A stretch of 18,519 bases of DNA from Polyangiales bacterium (GTDB lineage Bacteria; Myxococcota_A; Polyangia; Polyangiales; Houyiibacteriaceae). Within the stretch, counting starts at the first letter, position 1. Every line of letters begins with the position of its first letter. Below, piece by piece: positions 1 through 7,213 of the stretch. A program made the position numbers and the translations under genes. The notes beneath the pieces were generated by a model. The model searched no databases. It had not been told where the DNA came from and saw only the letters and a program-made list of their open reading frames with translations. The stretch is taken from assembly GCA_045106895.1 (NCBI GenBank), contig JBGCFM010000208.1, positions 1-18,519 of the forward strand. Direction: 5' to 3'.

Positions 1-2
1 TC

Positions 3-440
3 GTCGCGCCAGGGAATCACGGACACGTCGCTCGCGTGGTAATCGAGGTCTCTCGAAAGACAGAGTATGCCCGAGACGAGGGGTACGAGGCAGCGCGCGA
101 CTACGTCGTTCTTGGAACGCACGACGGCGCGGTCGTCGAACTGGGTAGCGTCGCCGTCCAGGAGTCCCACTCGTTCTTTTCTGAGAACACCGACCCGGAC
201 GAAGGCATGTGGAACACCGTGCCCGTGGAAGAAGAGTGGTCGCGAACCGTTCGCTTCGAAGGGGACGTGATTCATCTTTCCGCCGCCGAAGCGCAAGTGT
301 TTGTGGCGGAAGGGGAGAGCGAACCCGAGGGCGCCCGCGAAATTCAGAACCTAAGCGGGGCTCGCACGCTCACGTTGCAAGAACTCGTGGAAGCGAGGCG
401 TATCCCGCTGACGGATGGCGCTCCAGTATGGGGGCCCTGA
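3..440 (+). CDS. Hypothetical acidic protein, 5'-truncated by the window edge
   Basis: The frame of ORF 36..440 is open from position 3 (VAPGNHGHVARVVIEV...) to TGA at 438-440. Composition is protein-like and Glu-rich; no family motif recognised. Confidence 0.65.
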   Translation, partial: VAPGNHGHVARVVIEVSRKTEYARDEGYEAARDYVVLGTHDGAVVELGSVAVQESHSFFSENTDPDEGMWNTVPVEEEWSRTVRFEGDVIHLSAAEAQVFVAEGESEPEGAREIQNLSGARTLTLQELVEARRIPLTDGAPVWGP

Positions 441-441
441 G

Positions 442-849
442 CTAGAGCGCTTCGAACACGCCGCGGAACCCGTTCTGACAGAGCTGCTGCATGATGTTCG
501 GCTGATGATTTCGCGGTGGTCCGCCATAGAAGACGACCACGCCGGTGTCCGGGCGCACGCAGCGCCCGATGGCGCCTTCAAGACTGCAGTTGTCGCTCGA
601 GAACTCGCCTCGCGTCCGGCAGCTGGCTTCCATCGTCGGTGAATAGCAGGGGGCGCCGGCGACGCACTGAATGCACATGCCATCCGGCGTCTTGCAGCTC
701 AGTATCTCCCCGGTGGCTGTAGCCGGTGCAGCGGCGGGGGCCGGCGCCGCCGCCGGCATGCTTGGCGTCCCCGGCGCGATGGGGGCAACCACGGGAGTCT
801 CATCGCTGCAGCCAACGAAAAGGAAAGTCAGGACGAGCCACACGCGCAT
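442..849 (-). CDS. Small Cys-rich lipoprotein
   Basis: Signal peptide with lipobox (MRVWLVLTFLFVG-C), Pro/Ala linker, then a domain with 8 Cys. Confidence 0.8.
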   Translation of the reverse strand: MRVWLVLTFLFVGCSDETPVVAPIAPGTPSMPAAAPAPAAAPATATGEILSCKTPDGMCIQCVAGAPCYSPTMEASCRTRGEFSSDNCSLEGAIGRCVRPDTGVVVFYGGPPRNHQPNIMQQLCQNGFRGVFEAL

Positions 850-909
850 TCGTCAATGCTACCCCATTCGAGTCACGAATGGAGGCGCGCGCGTGGTTCA
901 GGATGCACG

Positions 910-2715
910 TTAGTCGTCGACCTTGAGAATGGCGTGGAACGCGGCCTGTGGAATCTGAACAGACCCAACGGCTTTCATTCGCTTCTTGCCGCGCTTCTGT
1001 TTCTCCAGGAGCTTTCGTTTACGACTGATGTCACCGCCGTAGCACTTTGCCGTCACGTCCTTGCGGAGTGCTCGAACGGTTTCGCGGGAGAGGATCTTTG
1101 AGCCGATGGCCGCTTGGATAGCGACTTCGTACTGCTGTTGAGGAACGATGCCTTTGAGCTTCGTCGCGAGGGCCTTGCCGATGTGGTAGCTGTTCTCTTT
1201 GTGGACGATGGCGCTGAGCGCGTCGACGCGGTCGCCGTTGATGAGCATGTCCAGGCGGACCAGCTTGTTGGTGCGGTAACCTGACGGCTCGTAGTCCATC
1301 GACGCATAGCCCTTGGTGGCACTCTTAAGCTTGTCGAAGAAGTCGTAGAGGACTTCCGCCAGCGGCAAGAAGTACGTCACGATGACGCGTTTTTCGCTCG
1401 CGTACTGAATGCCTTTTTGTTCGCCGCGCCGGTTTTGACAGAGGCGAATCACCGCGCCGACATAGTCCGAAGGAACGTGGATGGCGACTTCGAAGTAGGG
1501 CTCTTCGATGTGGTCGATGAGCCCGGTGTCCGGAAGGCGGGAAGGGTTCTCCACGTCGACAACGCTGCCATCGTTGAGGTGCACCTTGTACACAACGGTC
1601 GGCGCCGTCGTGATGATGTCGAGGTTGTACTCACGCTCGATGCGTTCCTGAACGATCTCCATGTGGAGCAGTCCAAGGAAGCCACAGCGAAATCCAAAGC
1701 CGAGGGCGTCAGATGTTTCAGGCTCGAAGAAGAGCGCGGCGTCGTTGAGCTGCAGCCGGTCGAGGGCGTCTCGGAGTTCGGGGTACTGGGCGGAGTCTGT
1801 GGGGAAGACGCCACAGAAAACCATGGGCTTCACTTCTTCAAAGCCCGCAAGAGACTCCGTCGCCACGTTGCCGCGCGCGTGCGTGATCGTGTCGCCGACC
1901 TTCGTGTCCCGAACGGATTTGATGGACGCTGCAAAGTAGCCGACCTCGCCGGGGCCCAAGTGGTCGATGGCCGTGGGGAACGGGTTGTAGATGCCCATCT
2001 CCGTGACTTCGTATTCCGCGCCGGTGGCCATCATCTTGATGCGCTCACCTTTGCGAAGCGTCCCGTCGACGATGCGGACCATGCCCATGGCGCCACGGTA
2101 GGCGTCATACCAAGTGTCGAACACCAACGCGCGAAGAGGCGCCTCCTGCGCCTTCGGGGGAGGGATACGCTTGAGGACCTCGTCGAGGACTTCTTTGACG
2201 CCTTCGCCGGTCTTGCCACTGCAGGCAAGGATCGGGTCGACCTCGAGGCCGATGACTTCTTCGACTTCGCGAACGACGCGCTCGACGTCGGCGCCGGGAA
2301 GATCGATCTTGTTGAACACGGGGATGATCGTGAGGTCGCCTTCAAGGGCGAGGTACACGTTCGCCAACGTTTGAGCTTCGACTCCTTGCGTGGCGTCGAC
2401 GACGAGGAGCGCGCCTTCGCACGCGGCGAGTGAGCGGCTTACCTCGTAGGAGAAGTCCACGTGTCCGGGGGTATCGATGAGGTTGAACTGGTAGTCGTTC
2501 CCCTCGGCGTCTTTGTACGGAAGACGCACGCCCTGCGCCTTGATCGTGATGCCACGCTCTTGTTCGAGTTCCATGCGGTCGAGAAGCTGAGCTTTTTGCT
2601 CGCGCTTACTCACCGCCCCCGTCACATCGAGGATGCGGTCGGCGAGGGTGCTCTTCCCATGGTCGATATGGGCGATGATGCAGAAGTTGCGGATGCGCTC
2701 GATGGGGAACGACAT
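910..2715 (-). CDS. lepA: Translation elongation factor 4 (LepA)
   Basis: [52 protein letters not shown] and C-terminal [21 protein letters not shown] at 2715 ([10 protein letters not shown]) preferred over TTG at 2724. Confidence 0.98.
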   Translation of the reverse strand: MSFPIERIRNFCIIAHIDHGKSTLADRILDVTGAVSKREQKAQLLDRMELEQERGITIKAQGVRLPYKDAEGNDYQFNLIDTPGHVDFSYEVSRSLAACEGALLVVDATQGVEAQTLANVYLALEGDLTIIPVFNKIDLPGADVERVVREVEEVIGLEVDPILACSGKTGEGVKEVLDEVLKRIPPPKAQEAPLRALVFDTWYDAYRGAMGMVRIVDGTLRKGERIKMMATGAEYEVTEMGIYNPFPTAIDHLGPGEVGYFAASIKSVRDTKVGDTITHARGNVATESLAGFEEVKPMVFCGVFPTDSAQYPELRDALDRLQLNDAALFFEPETSDALGFGFRCGFLGLLHMEIVQERIEREYNLDIITTAPTVVYKVHLNDGSVVDVENPSRLPDTGLIDHIEEPYFEVAIHVPSDYVGAVIRLCQNRRGEQKGIQYASEKRVIVTYFLPLAEVLYDFFDKLKSATKGYASMDYEPSGYRTNKLVRLDMLINGDRVDALSAIVHKENSYHIGKALATKLKGIVPQQQYEVAIQAAIGSKILSRETVRALRKDVTAKCYGGDISRKRKLLEKQKRGKKRMKAVGSVQIPQAAFHAILKVDD

Positions 2716-2758
2716 GAAAGCCAATCTTGCTCAGGCCAAAATGGGTGAGGCGAGGGCG

Positions 2759-2767
2759 ACGCTAGCA
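2759..2767 (-). promoter_or_regulatory. Possible extended -10 element (TGcTAGCGT) upstream of lepA
   Basis: TGnTAnnnT on the minus strand about 45 nt upstream of the lepA ATG; no good -35. Confidence 0.3.
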
Positions 2768-2823
2768 GCTGTCAGCCGCGCGGCCACGCACCGTCGTGGT
2801 TCAAGGAGAATTTTCGGGGTTCG

Positions 2824-2840
2824 ACGGGTGTCGCACCCGT
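2824..2840 (-). other. 7-bp stem-loop downstream of the RHH gene (stability hairpin or weak terminator)
   Basis: ACGGGTG-tcg-CACCCGT perfect inverted repeat 16 nt past the stop; no U-tract follows on the minus strand. Confidence 0.35.
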
Positions 2841-2856
2841 AAACGATCGCGAGATC

Positions 2857-3045
2857 TTAACGTTTCGGGCCAGCGTCCAAAGAAAGCTGACCCGGAAGCT
2901 CGTTTTGATGCCGATCGAGAACGAGGTCGATGCCTTCACGAATGTAGACGGCCACCGGCACCTTCGTGCGCTCGTGCAAGAGCTTCAGTTGCTCGTTCTG
3001 CTCGGGCGTAATGTAAACGGTGGTGGAGATTTTCTTGCGGGCCAT
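2857..3045 (-). CDS. Ribbon-helix-helix DNA-binding protein (RHH_3-like, 62 aa)
   Basis: Basic N-terminal beta-strand (RKKISTTVYI), helix A (TPEQNEQLKLLHERT), turn (KVP), helix B (VAVYIREGIDLVL). Confidence 0.9.
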   Translation of the reverse strand: MARKKISTTVYITPEQNEQLKLLHERTKVPVAVYIREGIDLVLDRHQNELPGQLSLDAGPKR

Positions 3046-3102
3046 CGACTTCTAACTGGGGGTGCATGCCGGCTGAAAACACAGCCGGCGAATTTCGATA
3101 TG

Positions 3103-3131
3103 AAGCTATATGACATCACGTATAGTGTCAA
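3103..3131 (-). promoter_or_regulatory. Sigma70-type promoter for the RHH gene
   Basis: Minus strand has a perfect TTGACA (3131-3126), 17-nt spacer and TAGCTT (3108-3103) in a locally AT-rich stretch. Confidence 0.75.
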
Positions 3132-3192
3132 CTTGCGCCCCCGCCACCCCCTGGCTTCTCATATCCCCTAAATGGGCGCTCGTTTCGAGTGG

Positions 3193-3222
3193 TTGCAGCC
3201 CTACCAGATCCCGCCGTATGCT
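3193..3222 (+). promoter_or_regulatory. Sigma70-type promoter for the lipoprotein pair / rluB gene run
   Basis: TTGCAG (3193-3198), 18 nt, TATGCT (3217-3222); 65 nt upstream of ATG 3288. Confidence 0.5.
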
Positions 3223-3287
3223 TCGCTCAGAGTGGGGGCGCCGCGTTTTGAGCTGGCTATCCAAAGCACCCATGGATTGTTCTAAGT

Positions 3288-4148
3288 ATGCGTAGATGCT
3301 CCTTTTGTAGCTTGATTTTGGCCGGACTCGCGATGGTGGGTTGTGGCGGTCCTTCCGGCGCCGTCGGCGACACCACCGAGTCCCTCGAAGGGAGCCGCGG
3401 CGATGAAACTGTTCGCGAGCAGTGCGACGTGGCCGGCGCCCAGATTACGACCAGCGATGTGAACGGCGATGGAACGCCGGACGTTCGCCACGTGAGTGTG
3501 GACGGTCGCCGTCGCTGCAGTGAATACGACTTTGATTTTCGCTCTCCGCCTGACCTGACGCGCTTCTACGCGGAAGACGGAACGACGGTGATTCGCGAAG
3601 AACACGACCTTGATTTCGACCAGCGCCTCGACCAAATCCTCTATTTCGAGAACGGGCAGCTCGCGCGCAAAGAGCTCGACACGAACTTCAACAATCGCAT
3701 CGACACATGGATGTGGTGCGAAGGTGGAACGGCGTCCCGTTCTGAGCGTGACCGACTGAACGACGGTGACGTCGACACCTGGGAGACCTACGAGAACGGT
3801 CTCCTCACGGAGGCGAGCTACGACGATGACGGAGATGGACTTCCCGAGAAGTGGGAGATTTTCAGTGAAGGTCGCCTGACCGAGATTCGGCATGACACCG
3901 ACCGCGATGGCGAGCCGGACCGTGCCGAAGAGATCCCGGCCGATTCCGCCGGTCTTCCCGAAGAGCGTATCGCTTGCTCCCTCATCGAGCGAAGCGACGA
4001 AGAGGAAGAGCCAGCTGCTCCGGAGAACGGCACCGTGCCGGACGCCGAAGGAGAGGGCGAAAGCGAGGGCGAGACGAGCGGCGGCGAGACCCCAGCGCCC
4101 ACCGGCGACCCCATCACGGACGGACTCAACGCGGAGCAGGACCAATGA
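3288..4148 (+). CDS. Lipoprotein with ~7 DxDxDG-type beta-hairpin repeats (putative Ca2+-binding) and acidic tail
   Basis: Lipobox LAMVG-C. ~24-aa repeats such as DVNGDGTPD, DLDFDQRLD, DTNFNNRID, DRLNDGDVD, DDDGDGLPE and DTDRDGEPD, most followed by xx[YF]ExG. Confidence 0.85.
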   Translation: MRRCSFCSLILAGLAMVGCGGPSGAVGDTTESLEGSRGDETVREQCDVAGAQITTSDVNGDGTPDVRHVSVDGRRRCSEYDFDFRSPPDLTRFYAEDGTTVIREEHDLDFDQRLDQILYFENGQLARKELDTNFNNRIDTWMWCEGGTASRSERDRLNDGDVDTWETYENGLLTEASYDDDGDGLPEKWEIFSEGRLTEIRHDTDRDGEPDRAEEIPADSAGLPEERIACSLIERSDEEEEPAAPENGTVPDAEGEGESEGETSGGETPAPTGDPITDGLNAEQDQ

Positions 4149-4891
4149 GTGCGCTTTCAGTAAGTAAGGCATTTTCACGCACGTTGCCCATCGTCCTCTG
4201 CGCGCTGTTGGCTGCATGCGGCAGTGAGGAAGAGGAGCGCGCAGAGCGTCCAGAGCGAGCAGAGTCCACCGGCGGCGAGCGCGTCGAAGGTGACAACCGC
4301 TGCGACGCGGAGGCGGACAACCGCGAAGTCAGCGAGTACGACACGTCCGGCGACGAGTGGCCGGACGTTCGAAAGGTCTTTCTCACAGTGGGCGAAGGAC
4401 GTCTTGCGCGTCTCATCCTCATCTGCCGAGAGGCCGACCTCAACGGCGACGGAACGAAGGACGTCGTGCGTTACTACAACGACGAGGGACGGCCTCTGCG
4501 CGAAGAAGCGGACCGAAACTTCGACGGTCGCATGGATGAAGTGACGTTCTTTGAGAACGGTCGCATCGTCCGAAAGGAAGTCGACTCGAACGAGAGCGGC
4601 ATCGTCGACACCAAAGTGTTCTACGAGAATGGTCGGCCGCTACGGTCCGAGCGTGACATGGCCGGTCGAAGCACCGCCAGCAACTGGCAGCCTGACCGCT
4701 GGGAGTACTTCGAAGGAGGACGCATGGTGCGTATGGGCACCGACCTCGACGGCGATGGACGCGTAGACCGTTGGGATCGCGACGCAGAATGGCACGAAGC
4801 GCAAGAGCGTGAGCGACTCCGTCAAGCGGCTGAAGAAGCCGCCGCCGCCGCTGCTGAAGCAGAAGCAGCCGGCGAAGAAGCGGAAGGTTAG
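4145..4891 (+). CDS. Second DxDxDG-repeat lipoprotein, paralogue of the upstream gene
   Basis: ATG 4145 overlaps the upstream TGA (ATGA). Lipobox LLAA-C; repeats DTSGDEWPD, DLNGDGTKD, DRNFDGRMD, DSNESGIVD, DLDGDGRVD; C-terminal Glu/Ala helix. Confidence 0.85.
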   Translation: MSALSVSKAFSRTLPIVLCALLAACGSEEEERAERPERAESTGGERVEGDNRCDAEADNREVSEYDTSGDEWPDVRKVFLTVGEGRLARLILICREADLNGDGTKDVVRYYNDEGRPLREEADRNFDGRMDEVTFFENGRIVRKEVDSNESGIVDTKVFYENGRPLRSERDMAGRSTASNWQPDRWEYFEGGRMVRMGTDLDGDGRVDRWDRDAEWHEAQERERLRQAAEEAAAAAAEAEAAGEEAEG

Positions 4892-4893
4892 GC

Positions 4894-5700
4894 GTGGCCG
4901 AGCGACTTCAAAAAGTCATGGCAGCGGCAGGTGTCGCGTCGCGACGAAAGTGCGAGGCGCTCATCTCCGCAGGCCGCGTTCGTGTCAACGGTCGCATCGT
5001 CACGGAACAAGGCGTTCGCGTCGATTCCTACAACGACAAGATCGAAGTAGACGGCCGCCGCATCGTCCGCGAAAAGCCGGTCTACTATGTCGTGCACAAG
5101 CCACGCGAGATGGTGTCGACGTTGAGCGATCCGGAAGGCCGCTCCACCCTCAAGGACATCCTCAAGCGGATGCCAGAGCGGCTCTTTCCCGTGGGCCGTC
5201 TCGACTACCACACGAGCGGCGTGCTCCTCGCAACCAACGACGGGGCGTTTTCCGAGGCGTTGCTTCGTCCATCCTCCGGCGTTCCCAAAGTCTACCTGGC
5301 GAAGATGCACGGCAGCATCGATGTACCCGAGCTGGAGCTCATTCGAAACGGCGTGACTCTCGACGATGGCTACGTCACAAAACCCGCCGAAGCGTTCGTG
5401 CAGCGCAGCGAAGGGTCGAACTCTTGGGTGCAGATCACGCTCAAAGAAGGAAAGAACCGTCAGGTTCACCGCATGGGCGATGCGCTCAATCGGCGCGTGA
5501 TGCGTCTTGTCCGCCTCTCCTTCGCGGACATCAGCTCTGAGGGCCTTCGTCCGGGGGCGTACCGCGAACTCACGGGCAAAGAGCTCGAGCGCCTCAAGAA
5601 GGATTTCGTGCGACCGCATCGGGCACGAAAACAAAACGCGGCTCGCCAAGACGAGTCTCTTGAGAACTTCGAGAATCCCGGCGACTTCGAGACCGAGTAA
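4894..5700 (+). CDS. rluB: rRNA pseudouridine synthase, RsuA/RluB family with S4 domain
   Basis: ERLQKVMAAAGVASRRKCE (S4), HKP motif, catalytic VGRLDYHTSG, EGKNRQVHRM. The family call is secure; the exact paralogue is less so. Confidence 0.9.
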   Translation: MAERLQKVMAAAGVASRRKCEALISAGRVRVNGRIVTEQGVRVDSYNDKIEVDGRRIVREKPVYYVVHKPREMVSTLSDPEGRSTLKDILKRMPERLFPVGRLDYHTSGVLLATNDGAFSEALLRPSSGVPKVYLAKMHGSIDVPELELIRNGVTLDDGYVTKPAEAFVQRSEGSNSWVQITLKEGKNRQVHRMGDALNRRVMRLVRLSFADISSEGLRPGAYRELTGKELERLKKDFVRPHRARKQNAARQDESLENFENPGDFETE

Positions 5701-5709
5701 GTAGGAAGC

Positions 5710-6018
5710 GTGGAGCTCGACTGCCTCACCTGCGGTGCGTGCTGCCGCACGGGACGCGATGGACGTATTCTTATCCCCGCCGAGGACTTGACGCGCTGGA
5801 GGGCGACGGGCCGCGAGGACATCGCCTCGAAGACTCAGCCGGGTCATTTCGGGCTTGTCGCCTTCGCGACGGACGACTCAGGGGCTTGCGTGCATCTTGG
5901 AACATCCGCGAGCGAGAACGCGTGTCAGATCTACGAGGTACGCGGCACGACGTGCCGCGATTTTGAGCGTGGCAGCAAGCAGTGTCTCGAGTTTCGGCGC
6001 GACTTCAATATCGCGTGA
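5710..6018 (+). CDS. YkgJ-family (CxxCxxCC) cysteine-cluster protein
   Basis: DCLTCGACC ... GACVHL ... CQIYEVRGTTCRDF; GTG start preceded by AGGAAG. Confidence 0.85.
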   Translation: MELDCLTCGACCRTGRDGRILIPAEDLTRWRATGREDIASKTQPGHFGLVAFATDDSGACVHLGTSASENACQIYEVRGTTCRDFERGSKQCLEFRRDFNIA

Positions 6019-6055
6019 ACATCGACAGATCCCCGGAGCGCACTAGAGACGTGGC

Positions 6056-6652
6056 ATGAGCGACGCCGAAGACTCGACCCTCACCCTCTATGGCTACCCG
6101 GCGTGTCCCTATTGCGCGATGGTGCTCGGGGCCATCCGCGACCTCAAAGCGCCCGTCGAGCTCCGCGATACGCTCGTTGATCCGGCGTATCGAAAAGCGG
6201 CCCTCGAAGGAACGGGGCGGACGACGGTGCCGGTCCTTCGCATCGACGAGGGCGGCGAAACGCGTTGGATGCCGGAGTCGAAAGACATCGTCGCGTATCT
6301 CTATGAGCGTTTCGGCGACGGACGGAAGCCAGGGGCCCTCAGCGGGATGAAGCTCCAGCGTGGCGCAACCATGTTGATGTGGTCGTTGCTTGTCGCGGGT
6401 TTGTTCTTCCCGGAGCAGCAGCCATGGCTCTGGCTTGGCGCGTGTGTCGTCGGCACCGCCCGCAGCATTCTGAACGGCGTCCGAACACGTTCGTGGTTTC
6501 ACTTCGCCATCGCGGCTGTGTTCGCATTCGCGTGCGCGTCGATCTTACTTCGTGAGCTTGGCGTCGCCGACGTTCCTTGGTGGTACGCCGCGTACGGCCT
6601 CGTCGGCCTACTCGCTGTCCTCTGGCTCTTCTTCCGCCGGAAGCCGGCGTGA
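6056..6652 (+). CDS. Glutaredoxin-like domain (CPYC) fused to a C-terminal multi-TM membrane domain
   Basis: LTLYGYPACPYC, cis-Pro motif TTVPVL and WMPESKDIVAYL, followed by about 4 hydrophobic segments. Confidence 0.85.
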   Translation: MSDAEDSTLTLYGYPACPYCAMVLGAIRDLKAPVELRDTLVDPAYRKAALEGTGRTTVPVLRIDEGGETRWMPESKDIVAYLYERFGDGRKPGALSGMKLQRGATMLMWSLLVAGLFFPEQQPWLWLGACVVGTARSILNGVRTRSWFHFAIAAVFAFACASILLRELGVADVPWWYAAYGLVGLLAVLWLFFRRKPA

Positions 6653-7174
6653 TGCACGCACCGCCGGCCAGTTGACGCTGCCCGGGGAAGGGACACGCAT
6701 CCGGGGGCGATACGCCCATTCACTTGCGAGACGGTGTTCGCACTGGTCGAAGGCGAGCTCATCGTGGTCAAAAAACTCTGCGGGCATCGAGATATCGCAG
6801 GAGAGACCAGGCATACGCATGCTCCATTCCACCATCAACTCCGCGTCGCCGCGCCATGGACCCTGGAGGTTGCAGCAGTGGCTCTCGAGGAGATCATCCC
6901 GGAGACGGGACATCTGCTCCAGGGACAGCGTTCGCTCCACGCGAAGTTCTTCCCTCGCGTTGCGCACGTAGACCGACTCTCCTTCGCGATCGATCTCGAA
7001 TAAGAAGCGACCTTGCGGCGTGCTGACCTTCCAACGAAGGACCGCGCCTCCTTCTAAGGGCTCGGGCCACTCATCGCCGTGAAGGGGCGGGGCGCTCGGA
7101 GAACCATTGCCGCACGCACTCGCAGTGAGGGTCAGTGGCAACGCCAAAAGCACCACTCGGAGGACGGCTCGCAT
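6608..7174 (-). CDS. Hypothetical lipoprotein
   Basis: MRAVLRVVLLALPLTLTASA-C lipobox; 4 further Cys; 3' end overlaps the convergent grx gene by 45 nt. Confidence 0.75.
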   Translation of the reverse strand: MRAVLRVVLLALPLTLTASACGNGSPSAPPLHGDEWPEPLEGGAVLRWKVSTPQGRFLFEIDREGESVYVRNAREELRVERTLSLEQMSRLRDDLLESHCCNLQGPWRGDAELMVEWSMRMPGLSCDISMPAEFFDHDELAFDQCEHRLASEWAYRPRMRVPSPGSVNWPAVRASRRLPAEEEPEDSE

Positions 7175-7213
7175 GGCGCGAGCATACCCTCTGTCGCCGC
7201 CCTTCGTCGCCCT

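Noticed and set aside
1417..2433. 338-aa plus-strand ORF
   Set aside because: Lies entirely antisense to lepA; typical stop-free shadow frame in high-GC DNA.
2857..3287. RHH protein as the antitoxin of a toxin-antitoxin pair
   Set aside because: No toxin-like ORF is adjacent on either side.
3974..4144. N-terminal extension of the second lipoprotein in the ORF track
   Set aside because: Overlaps the upstream gene and is Arg-rich; ATG 4145 gives an ATGA overlap and a proper lipoprotein signal.
3282..5847. Minus-strand ORFs 3282..4217 and 4888..5847
   Set aside because: Antisense shadows of the lipoprotein and rluB genes; no recognisable motifs.
6044..6058. TAGAGA-6nt-ATG before the glutaredoxin gene as another leaderless promoter
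   Set aside because: Lacks the conserved final T of the -10 hexamer; too weak to count.
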